From assembly GCA_028696065.1 (NCBI GenBank), contig JAQVHT010000007.1, positions 20,105-44,104 on the forward strand: a stretch of 24,000 bases of DNA. The letters run 5' to 3'. Made by a program: the position numbers and the translations under genes. Below, one piece after another: positions 16,149 through 24,000 of the stretch. The stretch is from Clostridia bacterium. Its GTDB lineage: Bacteria > Bacillota > Clostridia > Caldicoprobacterales > DTU083. Below the pieces are notes generated by a model that was not told where the DNA came from, did no database searches, and saw only the letters and a list, made by a program, of their open reading frames with translations. The stretch's first letter is position 1. Each line of letters begins with the position of its first letter.

Positions 16149-17382
16149 ATTTATCACCACCATCTTGAATTTCAAACTCTTTATTTAATTTTTCTACTAA
16201 TGCTAAAGCACTTCCATCTTTAAAGCATATATTAATTTTTGACTTCTCTTTTAATGTCTCTATACTATGTATGCTTCTTTCCTGGCTCTCGTCCAGGATA
16301 TAGGTATATCCCCTAGCGATAACAGCTAATGGACTAAGTGCTTGAAGGGCTGCAGTTAAATTTCCTAGGATTTCACCCCTATCTTGTAAATAGGCTCGAC
16401 TAGCTGAGTTTAGCCTTTGAAGGCTTAAATCGTACTCCTGGTTCTTTTGATTTATAATAGATTGAGCTGTGCTTTGGGATAAATGACTAGATAGTCCTTG
16501 TAGTAGTTGCATCTTGCTAGAAAATAAATTGGTCATATTGCTTAGTAGGTCTTTTTTTAATCTTAAAGTTTCATCTATTAGCCTACTAGCTTCTGGCACA
16601 GCAAGCTCTGCTGCTGCAGAAGGTGTGGGTGCTCTGACATCAGCTACGAAATCTACGATTGTATAGTCTGTTTCATGTCCTACAGCTGAAATAACAGGGA
16701 GCTTTGACTCGAAGATAGCCCTGGCTAGTTCTTCTTCGTTAAAGGCCCAAAGTTCCTCGATAGAACCTCCACCTCTACCAGTAATAATAAGGTCTATATC
16801 ATCCCTAGTGTTTGCATACCTAATAGCGCTAGCAATTTGCTTGTGGGCTTGTAAGCCTTGTACTTGAACAGGGATAACCAATATATCTACCCTAGCGTTC
16901 CTGCGTTTAATTACATTTATAATGTCACGAACTGCAGCACCTGTATGTGATGTTATAACAGCTATTTTTCTGGGTAACAAGGGTAGGCTTTTCTTGTGTT
17001 CTGGAGCAAACAAACCCTCTTTGTTTAGTTTTGCTTTTAAGGCTTCATAGGTTAGGTAAAGCTCGCCTAGCCCATCTGCTAGCAAGTCTTGTACATAGAG
17101 TTGGTATTGACCATCTCTTAGAAAAACCGAAGTTGAGCCAAGAGCAATTACCTTCATTCCATCCTTTGGCATAAAGTTTAAATTTAAATTGTTTTGCCTA
17201 AAAAAAACGCATTGTACTCTGGCCTTATCATCCTTAAGAGAGAAATACATATGGCCTGATGAATGAAGCTTAAAGTTAGAAATTTCACCCTTGACCTTGA
17301 CCTGCCTTAGTAAGGGGTCTCTTTCAAGCATTAACTTAACATAGTCGTTTAATTGGTAGACAGAAAGAACTATGTCCTTCAT
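16129..17382 (-). CDS. xseA: Exodeoxyribonuclease VII large subunit
   Basis: 417 aa. N-terminal OB fold (VKGEISNFKLHSSGHMYFSLKD), a catalytic core (ITSHTGAAVRDI...GRGGGSIEELWAFN) and a C-terminal coiled coil. ATGA overlap with folD. Confidence 0.94.
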   Translation of the reverse strand: MKDIVLSVYQLNDYVKLMLERDPLLRQVKVKGEISNFKLHSSGHMYFSLKDDKARVQCVFFRQNNLNLNFMPKDGMKVIALGSTSVFLRDGQYQLYVQDLLADGLGELYLTYEALKAKLNKEGLFAPEHKKSLPLLPRKIAVITSHTGAAVRDIINVIKRRNARVDILVIPVQVQGLQAHKQIASAIRYANTRDDIDLIITGRGGGSIEELWAFNEEELARAIFESKLPVISAVGHETDYTIVDFVADVRAPTPSAAAELAVPEASRLIDETLRLKKDLLSNMTNLFSSKMQLLQGLSSHLSQSTAQSIINQKNQEYDLSLQRLNSASRAYLQDRGEILGNLTAALQALSPLAVIARGYTYILDESQERSIHSIETLKEKSKINICFKDGSALALVEKLNKEFEIQDGGDKYGWKDK

Positions 17383-18224
17383 TTAATCCCCTCTGCTGCT
17401 GTTAGTGTGTTCTCTAATAACATAGCAATGGTCATAGGGCCTACTCCTCTAGGTACGGGTGTAATATAGCCTGCCTTATCTTTGACATCGTCAAAGTCTA
17501 CATCACCACACAGCTTGCCATCTAATCTGCTAATACCAACATCTATTACAACCGCACCCTCTTTAATATAGCTAGAGTCTACGATCTTAGCTCTGCCAAC
17601 AGCTACTACAAGTATATCAGCTGTCTGTGTGATAGATTTGATGTCCTTAGTCCTTGTATGGACTATAGTAACAGTAGCATTTCTCTTTAAGAGCATTAAT
17701 GCTACAGGTTTGCCTACTATGTTGCTCCTACCTATTATTACTGCATTTTTACCTTCAATCTCATATCCAATATGGTCTAATAGGCGGATAATACCCATAG
17801 GGGTGCATGGTTCTAAGGACTTTTCTCCAGCAAAAAGCTTTCCTCGGTTTATGGGGTGAAAGCCATCTACATCCTTGTTAGGGTCAATTGCAGCAATGAT
17901 TTTATCTTCGTTTATTTGCTCTGGCAAGGGTAGCTGGACCAGTATTCCATGTACACTCCTATCTTCATTTAACTTTTGTATAGTATCTAGTAATTCTTGT
18001 TCACTGGTTTTTTCGCTCATCCTAATAATGTTAGAATCAATACCTACCTCTATGCATGCCCTTTCCTTATTTCGAACGTAAACCTGGGAGGCAGGGTTAT
18101 CCCCTACTAAAATAACGGTTAAACTTGGGTTTATGTTCATTGCTTCCTTCATTTTAGATACCCGTTCTTTTATAGAGGTCCTTATTTCCTCTGCTATCGA
18201 TTTTCCATCAATGATATTAGACAT
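17379..18224 (-). CDS. folD: Bifunctional methylenetetrahydrofolate dehydrogenase/cyclohydrolase
   Basis: 281 aa. The motifs VILVGDNPASQVYVRNKERAC, GILVQLPLP, GRSNIVGKP and PVPRGVGPMTIAML are canonical FolD. Confidence 0.96.
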   Translation of the reverse strand: MSNIIDGKSIAEEIRTSIKERVSKMKEAMNINPSLTVILVGDNPASQVYVRNKERACIEVGIDSNIIRMSEKTSEQELLDTIQKLNEDRSVHGILVQLPLPEQINEDKIIAAIDPNKDVDGFHPINRGKLFAGEKSLEPCTPMGIIRLLDHIGYEIEGKNAVIIGRSNIVGKPVALMLLKRNATVTIVHTRTKDIKSITQTADILVVAVGRAKIVDSSYIKEGAVVIDVGISRLDGKLCGDVDFDDVKDKAGYITPVPRGVGPMTIAMLLENTLTAAEGIK

Positions 18225-18249
18225 TTAAATTCCTCCCTTTGCATATTAG

Positions 18250-19209
18250 TTATACATTACTTGTTTTGTAGATATTTAAACCAATTAAGGCAGTGCCTAA
18301 AGCATTATCCTTAGAAAGCTGTGGATCTGCAAAATATAAAGATAAGCCTTCATTTTTGATTCCAGAGTCAGCCCTTAAGCCCTCTCTTATTATCCTAGAA
18401 GATGATACTCCCCCAACTAAAAGAACATCCCTTGGGTATCCTTTCTTTACCGCATTAATCAGCCATTTTCCAAGAGTTTTAATTAAACTAATATAAACTC
18501 CTCTTGCTATTTTCCTGCTATCTAAGCCCTTGACTATTTGTCTTTGTATATGAGTCTCTGGTCCTGAAAAACTAATATTTAAGTCCTTTACATAGTACTT
18601 AATATCATAGCTTTCTAGTTCATTGTTTGCTAGTTCTTCTAAATGAGGCCCTGATGGAAAGGGAAGTCCTAGGGAAACGCCAATCCTATCTACAAACTGG
18701 CCAGCGTGTAAATCGAGGCTGGAGCCAATCATATCAATGTCAAAGCCATGATTATGGACTCTTACATCTAGTAGTTCAGTTGTACCACCTGATAGATGTA
18801 CAACAAGAAAATGCTTGGCTTTAAAACCACCTAGTCTATACAGGCCAGACATGATATGGTTTTCTTGGTGCGTACTTTCATAATATGGGACATTGTTTAT
18901 GTTTGCTATTACCTGTCCCAAACTTTGTGATAGAACAAATACAGGCATATAGGAATCCTTTTGGGGCCTCGGCTTTACGCTAGAACATACTGCTACTAAT
19001 TCTGGCTTATCAATTGTACTTTTTAGTTCGCTAGTAATTGAGGGTAGATTTTTCAAGTGGTTAAAGATAGCCTTTGATTGTTGTAGGCCTCTTGTCCCAT
19101 CTGCCAGCTCCAAAAGAACCTGCTTATTTAATAAGACCTCACCCTCTAAAGAAACACAAGCCAAAGAACTTGTATAGCAGCTTGTGTCAATACCTAAGAC
19201 ATATTTCAT
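18250..19209 (-). CDS. TsaD/Kae1-like ASKHA-fold protein (peptidase M22 family paralogue), function unknown
   Basis: 319 aa. GIDTSCYTSS (phosphate-1-like), HQENH (aligns with the TsaD HxxxH metal site), VVHLSGGTTELL and LLVGGVSSSRIIREGL motifs follow the TsaD order. ATGA overlap with the nusB stop. Confidence 0.6.
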   Translation of the reverse strand: MKYVLGIDTSCYTSSLACVSLEGEVLLNKQVLLELADGTRGLQQSKAIFNHLKNLPSITSELKSTIDKPELVAVCSSVKPRPQKDSYMPVFVLSQSLGQVIANINNVPYYESTHQENHIMSGLYRLGGFKAKHFLVVHLSGGTTELLDVRVHNHGFDIDMIGSSLDLHAGQFVDRIGVSLGLPFPSGPHLEELANNELESYDIKYYVKDLNISFSGPETHIQRQIVKGLDSRKIARGVYISLIKTLGKWLINAVKKGYPRDVLLVGGVSSSRIIREGLRADSGIKNEGLSLYFADPQLSKDNALGTALIGLNIYKTSNV

Positions 19210-19628
19210 CTGTCATCCACCATTTTATCCTTATCTTGCCTTATGTATTGCCCTAATACCCCATTTATAAAGGCGCCAGATTTTTCGTTTCCATATTTCT
19301 TAGCTAGCTCTACACCTTCATTTATTGATACACTGTCTGGGATGTCTGACCTATATATTATTTCATATAAGGCTAGCCTTAAAATCGCCAGATCAACCTT
19401 AGATAACCTATCTAAAGTCCAGCCTTTTGTCCTATCTGCAATGATCTTGTTGATTTTATCCATTTGCAGTACAAATCCGTCTAAAATATCTTTTATGTAT
19501 TCTAAATCCCTATCTTCTAATGAAAATTCAAGCGCCAAATCATCCAATGTGACCTGCTTATATTCACCTAGCATATCCCATTGATATAGGATTTTCATAG
19601 CTGCTTCTCTAGCGTCTTTTCTAGCCAT
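19206..19628 (-). CDS. nusB: Transcription antitermination factor NusB
   Basis: 140 aa. ARKDAREAAMKILYQWD...DRLSKVDLAILRLALYEI...VSINEGVELAKKYG...FINGVLG is typical NusB. Confidence 0.93.
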   Translation of the reverse strand: MARKDAREAAMKILYQWDMLGEYKQVTLDDLALEFSLEDRDLEYIKDILDGFVLQMDKINKIIADRTKGWTLDRLSKVDLAILRLALYEIIYRSDIPDSVSINEGVELAKKYGNEKSGAFINGVLGQYIRQDKDKMVDDR

Positions 19629-19677
19629 AATCTTCCTTTATGTCCTCCTATGTGTAAGTATATCAAAGTTAAAAAGC

Positions 19678-19908
19678 TTATTTTCGTAGACCATTTGGTA
19701 GTATCTTGTCCAGAAAAGCAAGAAAGCTTTCCTGCTTATCATGAAGGTTGCCTATCCAATAGCCTATACCTATACAGGCTAGCAAAAAAAGGCTCCTAAA
19801 AAAACCGATTAATAATACAATAATACCAAATAAGAGTCCACACAATATTCCTATTGTCTTTCCTTTATGCTTTGTAAAACAGGATACAACAATTTCTTTA
19901 AGAGTCAT
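19678..19908 (-). CDS. DUF2273 small integral membrane protein
   Basis: 76 aa with two TM helices (GILCGLLFGIIVLLIGFF / LFLLACIGIGYWIG). It occupies the usual third position of asp23-amaP-DUF2273 modules. Confidence 0.7.
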   Translation of the reverse strand: MTLKEIVVSCFTKHKGKTIGILCGLLFGIIVLLIGFFRSLFLLACIGIGYWIGNLHDKQESFLAFLDKILPNGLRK

Positions 19909-19920
19909 TGCTGTACCTCC

Positions 19921-20472
19921 TTATTCAACACGATTTTTTGTAACGGTAACCTGGTTATCAATATAGACATTAACTTCCTTAACGTGAATACCTGAGTATT
20001 CTTCAATGTAGTCTTTTACCTTAGCTTGTATTGCTTGGGTTAGGTCTGGCATCTTAACATCTGGCATTATGTTGACCTTTAGTCTTACCTTTATTCCATC
20101 GGTTTCGGTTAGTATGCTTGTTTTAACATCCTTTACTTCTTCAAAGGTCCTGACTGCCTTTTTTGTTAGACCATCTAAGGTATTTACAGACACCCTTATA
20201 GTACCAAAATCAGTTTGCTTTAGTAATGAACTTGCGGGTTTTCTACCTGCCAGGGTTGATATTATAAGCCTAAGACTGATTAAAATAAATAACAGTGATA
20301 TACCTAGGCTTGCTAGTATAAAGCTTGTATTGTAGTCTATTGACTCAATAGCTCCAGCCAGACTATCTAAAGGAATTAGACCGACTGAAATACCAAGTAG
20401 GCATAGAGAAAAAGCAAAAAAAGTTAAGATATAAAGGGCAAGTAAAATACGATCAAAAAGTCTCATTTTCAC
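19921..20472 (-). CDS. amaP: Alkaline shock response membrane anchor protein AmaP
   Basis: 183 aa with two N-terminal TM helices and a soluble C-terminal domain. It lies immediately downstream of an Asp23-family gene. Confidence 0.7.
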   Translation of the reverse strand: MKMRLFDRILLALYILTFFAFSLCLLGISVGLIPLDSLAGAIESIDYNTSFILASLGISLLFILISLRLIISTLAGRKPASSLLKQTDFGTIRVSVNTLDGLTKKAVRTFEEVKDVKTSILTETDGIKVRLKVNIMPDVKMPDLTQAIQAKVKDYIEEYSGIHVKEVNVYIDNQVTVTKNRVE

Positions 20473-20515
20473 TCAAATCTTCCTCTCATCTAAAGTAATA
20501 TTGAAATAATTTAAA

Positions 20516-20544
20516 TTAACCCTCTGAAGATATCAGAGGGTTAA
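20516..20544 (-). terminator. Strong hairpin (attenuator or partial terminator) between asp23 and amaP
   Basis: Perfect 12-bp stem UUAACCCUCUGA / UCAGAGGGUUAA with a 5-nt loop, starting 6 nt after the asp23 stop. It is followed on the minus strand by an A/U-rich tract (AUUUAAAUUAUUU). Confidence 0.55.
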
Positions 20545-20549
20545 CTGCT

Positions 20550-20948
20550 TTACTTGTTCTTAGCCTGTGGTTCATCATCTTTGGACTTTTTTTCTATGTT
20601 TACACCCTGTACATGAATATTTACCTCTACTACATTCAGTCCTGTCATAGTTTCAACAGCTTTTTTGGTATTCTCTTGTATGTTCCAGGCTATTTCAGGT
20701 ATGCGAGCGCCATATTCAACTATTATGTATAGATCAATAGCAACCTCTTTTTCTCCTATCTGAACCTTTACTCCCTTTGACAAGTTCTTTTTGCCTAGCT
20801 TTTCAACTATATCGCCTGCAATGCCACCGCTCATTGCTGCAACTCCTTCTATCTCAGAAGCCGCAAGACCAGCAATAATAGCTACTACCTCATCAGCAAA
20901 AGTTATATTTCCATAATCATGCATTGATGTACTTTCATCGTGTGACAT
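20550..20948 (-). CDS. asp23: Asp23/Gls24 family envelope stress protein
   Basis: 132 aa. ITFADEVVAIIAGLAASEIEGVAAM...VEVNIHVQGV is a typical Asp23 (YqhY-like) sequence. GGAGGTG is the SD. Confidence 0.88.
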   Translation of the reverse strand: MSHDESTSMHDYGNITFADEVVAIIAGLAASEIEGVAAMSGGIAGDIVEKLGKKNLSKGVKVQIGEKEVAIDLYIIVEYGARIPEIAWNIQENTKKAVETMTGLNVVEVNIHVQGVNIEKKSKDDEPQAKNK

Positions 20949-20999
20949 ATAATCACCTCCTAAAGTTCTTATAAATCCTAAGTGAATTTAATTAATGTT

Positions 21000-21028
21000 A
21001 TTATATCAAATAAAAATCAAATTGACAA
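21000..21028 (-). promoter_or_regulatory. Sigma-A promoter of the asp23 module
   Basis: The minus strand reads TTGTCA (21028..21023), a 17-nt spacer, then TATAAT (21005..21000), about 50 nt upstream of the asp23 ATG. Confidence 0.6.
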
Positions 21029-21049
21029 TTATAACAATATTTATACTTC

Positions 21050-21631
21050 TTATTTCCTTGGGAAGATCACTATGTTGTTAGTATCAAACTGAGACTCTCG
21101 TTTTACTATTTCTAGTATCTGTGCTAGCTCTTCAGTAGTTAACTCTTGCTTTTCTACAATTATATTAATATTGTTCTTATGCATAATAGCAATAACCTCA
21201 TTGAAGCCCTTGGCCTTTAATAGGTTCTCTATAACTGTTTCTGTCTCCATATTTGAAGCTAACTCTAGTAATTGGGCATGGGCTTCTTTTTCTATATCTG
21301 CATCTACTTCTTGGTCATTAATAACTGTATTTATATACTCTATCTCTTTGTTTCTGTTTTTTTCTCTTTCAAACCTGTAATCAACAAAGAAATTCGTTCC
21401 CGCTACTTCTTGGGAAGATTTTTCTGTACCAGTATTGCCTTCTGTATCTTTAACCTTTACACTACCCTCTATAGTATTGCTGGTTAATGGATCATCAACA
21501 CCTTTCTTTTTATTGTCAACCTGGTTGGCGTTTTTATTGTATATGAGATTGAGGTAGCCTGTTATTATCAAAAGCATGACTAGCAGGCCTATTATTATAC
21601 TTTTTTTCTTAATCATAAACATAAGATTCAC
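21050..21631 (-). CDS. spoIIIAH: Stage III sporulation protein AH
   Basis: 193 aa. N-terminal TM, an acidic linker, FFVDYRFEREKNRNKEIE and a C-terminal YscJ/FliF-like domain. It is the last gene of the spoIIIA order and overlaps AG by 4 nt. Confidence 0.85.
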   Translation of the reverse strand: MNLMFMIKKKSIIIGLLVMLLIITGYLNLIYNKNANQVDNKKKGVDDPLTSNTIEGSVKVKDTEGNTGTEKSSQEVAGTNFFVDYRFEREKNRNKEIEYINTVINDQEVDADIEKEAHAQLLELASNMETETVIENLLKAKGFNEVIAIMHKNNINIIVEKQELTTEELAQILEIVKRESQFDTNNIVIFPRK

Positions 21632-22233
21632 TCCTTTGTCCTCTTTGTCTCCATGGGAAAAACCTCAACTTGGTTTGCATTAATACCAAGTAGAGTTTGT
21701 ACAGCATTTTGTAACTCTAATCTGACCTTGATATCTTCTGCCCCTTCTGCCACTACTATTACACCTTGGATTTCAGGCTCAATTTCCTTTGTGATTAGGG
21801 CCTGGCTCCCTTGGGATGTTGACATACTAACAGGTTGAGAGTTGATATCGAGTTGCTTTGTTATTCTCTTACCCCCATTGTTGTCAGACTCCTCTGTCTG
21901 AGTGCTTGACTCTGTAGAGTTCATAGCTGGGACAATCTCTTTGCTAGACTTATAAGCGATCATTACTTCAACTGCACCCGCCCCCTTAATAGCTGACAGC
22001 AAGTCCTTTAAACGTTCTTCCTTGTTATAATCTATGCTTTGTTCTTGGCTTAACTTGCTGGGTTCAACATCTTGAACCTTAATACTAGCCTTGTCTTTGT
22101 TGCTAGTAAAAATATTTCCGACCATACTTAATACTATAGCTATGGCCAAAATCAAAATAAAATACTCAATATGCTTTACATTTTTAATCTTTTCATATAT
22201 TGATTTTAAACTAGTTTTCTCCATAATAACCAA
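21628..22233 (-). CDS. spoIIIAG: Stage III sporulation protein AG
   Basis: 201 aa. N-terminal TM and the C-terminal GVIVVAEGAEDIKVRLELQNAVQTLLGINANQVEVFPM, characteristic of SpoIIIAG. Confidence 0.88.
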   Translation of the reverse strand: MVIMEKTSLKSIYEKIKNVKHIEYFILILAIAIVLSMVGNIFTSNKDKASIKVQDVEPSKLSQEQSIDYNKEERLKDLLSAIKGAGAVEVMIAYKSSKEIVPAMNSTESSTQTEESDNNGGKRITKQLDINSQPVSMSTSQGSQALITKEIEPEIQGVIVVAEGAEDIKVRLELQNAVQTLLGINANQVEVFPMETKRTKE

Positions 22234-22240
22234 CCCTACC

Positions 22241-22834
22241 TTACCTGAAGTTTATGCTTATAAGTTCATTATCCATATCATAAAGTTCCCTAAGAAAGTT
22301 CTTAATTGATTTGATTTCTTTATCATTAAATAGACTAGCTACACTCTTGCTTTGACCTTGTAGATTAATTATTATTGGTTCAATACTTTCTGTATTATTT
22401 TGCTTTTCAGTTAATATATCAATAGAGTATATTTTTTTACTACTTTGCCTGTCATCATCATTATAAAAGCTTAAATTTACCTCTGTGTTCTTTAAGTTAA
22501 ATGCAGCGTTTAGGTTACTTGCAATACTAGCTTCTAGATTTTGCTTGTATATCTTATCTATTTGCTTATCTTGATCCATTTTATAGTGCTCTGTTTGTTT
22601 TACTAATAAACTTTCCTCTATTCTAACACCATCCAATAAGACTAAGTTACTAAGGTCCTCTCCGCTTGAAACAATATTGAGGATGGGTTTTAATATTACT
22701 AGGACAAGGATCAAGCCAAAAACAAATTTACTATACTTTCTATAGTTGCTTTTTGGCATAATTATATCAACTATAACACCTATAATTACAATTACTGATA
22801 AATTGCTAACTAAGCTTTTAATTGAATCTAGCAT
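22241..22834 (-). CDS. spoIIIAF: Stage III sporulation protein AF
   Basis: 197 aa. The N-terminus LSVIVIIGVIVDIIMPKSNYRKYSKFVFGLILVLVILKPI matches the SpoIIIAF two-TM signature. Confidence 0.85.
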   Translation of the reverse strand: MLDSIKSLVSNLSVIVIIGVIVDIIMPKSNYRKYSKFVFGLILVLVILKPILNIVSSGEDLSNLVLLDGVRIEESLLVKQTEHYKMDQDKQIDKIYKQNLEASIASNLNAAFNLKNTEVNLSFYNDDDRQSSKKIYSIDILTEKQNNTESIEPIIINLQGQSKSVASLFNDKEIKSIKNFLRELYDMDNELISINFR

Positions 22835-22845
22835 CTTACTACCAC

Positions 22846-24000
22846 CTATGCACTTATAATGTTTCCGGACCCTATTATCAAGCTAATAGTCATATAGAAT
22901 AATATAGCTATTCCTACTACAGTTATAAAGAGTACAACTAATAAATTTCCCATATTATTAAGACATTCTACTAACCTCTTGTCCGAGATCGGTTCAATAA
23001 GAGCACTTGATAGCTTAAAAGTAACTAGTAAAGCCAGTATCTTAAGGGCTGGTACTAAAGCAATTAAACCGATTATTAAAAGTCCTGATACACCAACTGC
23101 GTTTTTTACCAACAATGAGCAACCTATCACAGTATCTACGGATTGAGAAAACAATTTCCCCATTATTGGTACAAAGCTATCTATTGCAAACTTTGCAGTC
23201 CTTATCGACAAACTATCAAAGGAAGAGGACATTACACCCTGTATTGTTAGAACACCTAAGAATATTGTAAAGGTACCTGTTATAATCCAAATACAAGAGT
23301 TCTTAAGAAGACTGCTCAGCTTTTTTAGTTTTTCCTCTTCACCTAGGTGGTTTATTAATATGACTACTGCTGTTGTTGATATTAAGGGTAGCATTATGTT
23401 TTTAAGTAGTGTTGATACACTAGCTATTAGGATTCCAACACTGGGCTGTAGTATTGTAGATGTAGTTAAATTGCCTAGTGCAGCTAATAGCCCAATAAGT
23501 AATGGATATAATATTTGCATAAAGCCTACCATCTTCTCTATCCCATCACTAGCAACTGATATTATCTTTATAAGGTTTTGGACAATCAATATCATTGCAC
23601 TACTATAGCAAACAAAATAACCAATCTCTCCTATTGAATCACTAGCAAAAGATCCTTTTAGGTTAGAAAATAAGCTACATATAATAGCGATTACTATTAT
23701 CTTTGCTAAAAGCGAAAAATTTGCAGTTAAACTTTTAACCAAGCCAGCCAGGATTTCTTTCAAGAGGTCTTCTGCAGAAAAAGATAGCTTACCAGTTAAA
23801 AGGCCTGATATAATCTCGAGGGGAGTCTGATCCTTTGTAATGAAAGAACCTTCATCTTCGATATAGCTTAAATAAGGCTCCCATTCATTAGTATTAATAT
23901 TACTTAGCTGTTCACTTATTAATGCCTCAAACTCAGAACGTAAGTCTTTATATGAAGACTCTGCTTCATAAGCATTCGCTACAGGTATACTCATAAATAT
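22846..24000 (-). CDS. spoIIIAE: Stage III sporulation protein AE, 5'-truncated by window edge
   Basis: Polytopic membrane protein in the spoIIIAE position. The reading frame stays open upstream of the track's ATG (23994) to the window end (...IFMSIPVANA|YEAE). That stretch looks like the end of a signal peptide, so the true start is probably beyond 24000. Confidence 0.85.
   Translation of the reverse strand: MFMSIPVANAYEAESSYKDLRSEFEALISEQLSNINTNEWEPYLSYIEDEGSFITKDQTPLEIISGLLTGKLSFSAEDLLKEILAGLVKSLTANFSLLAKIIVIAIICSLFSNLKGSFASDSIGEIGYFVCYSSAMILIVQNLIKIISVASDGIEKMVGFMQILYPLLIGLLAALGNLTTSTILQPSVGILIASVSTLLKNIMLPLISTTAVVILINHLGEEEKLKKLSSLLKNSCIWIITGTFTIFLGVLTIQGVMSSSFDSLSIRTAKFAIDSFVPIMGKLFSQSVDTVIGCSLLVKNAVGVSGLLIIGLIALVPALKILALLVTFKLSSALIEPISDKRLVECLNNMGNLLVVLFITVVGIAILFYMTISLIIGSGNIISA

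Noticed and set aside
1-24000. CRISPR arrays, IS elements or transposases, integrases, prophage or defence-island content, rRNA or tRNA genes.
   Set aside because: I saw no repeat-spacer periodicity, inverted terminal repeats, recombinase-like ORFs or tRNA-like sequences. Every ORF over 75 aa is accounted for by conserved housekeeping, sporulation or envelope genes in conserved synteny.

Overview
All supported genes in this 24-kb window lie on the minus strand. It looks like a core-genome block from a low-GC, endospore-forming Firmicute, probably Clostridia-like. In transcription order (right to left) I read: spoIIIAE (5' end off-window)-AF-AG-AH; asp23-amaP-DUF2273; nusB, a TsaD/Kae1-like paralogue, folD-xseA-xseB-ispA; a ~570-nt ORF-free, GC-enriched, helix-rich region; a 4-TM protein, then dxs-tlyA-nadK-argR-recN; spoIVB-spo0A; a steA-like / mctB-like / GT2 / divergent GT4-like / DUF3866-like cluster; and spoIIM (3' end off-window, missing from the ORF track). 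The standout is the non-coding region at 14371-14940. Its position (ispA | RNA | small 4-TM protein | dxs), size and structure match the OLE (ornate, large, extremophilic) RNA and its membrane partner OapA. That RNA class is already described, but its mechanism is unresolved. The second most interesting element is the five-gene cluster between spo0A and spoIIM, which has no assigned function. I found no CRISPR arrays, mobile elements, rRNA or tRNA genes. All plus-strand ORFs in the track are antisense shadows of minus-strand genes. Product calls rest on motifs I recognise by eye and on remembered gene order, not on database searches.
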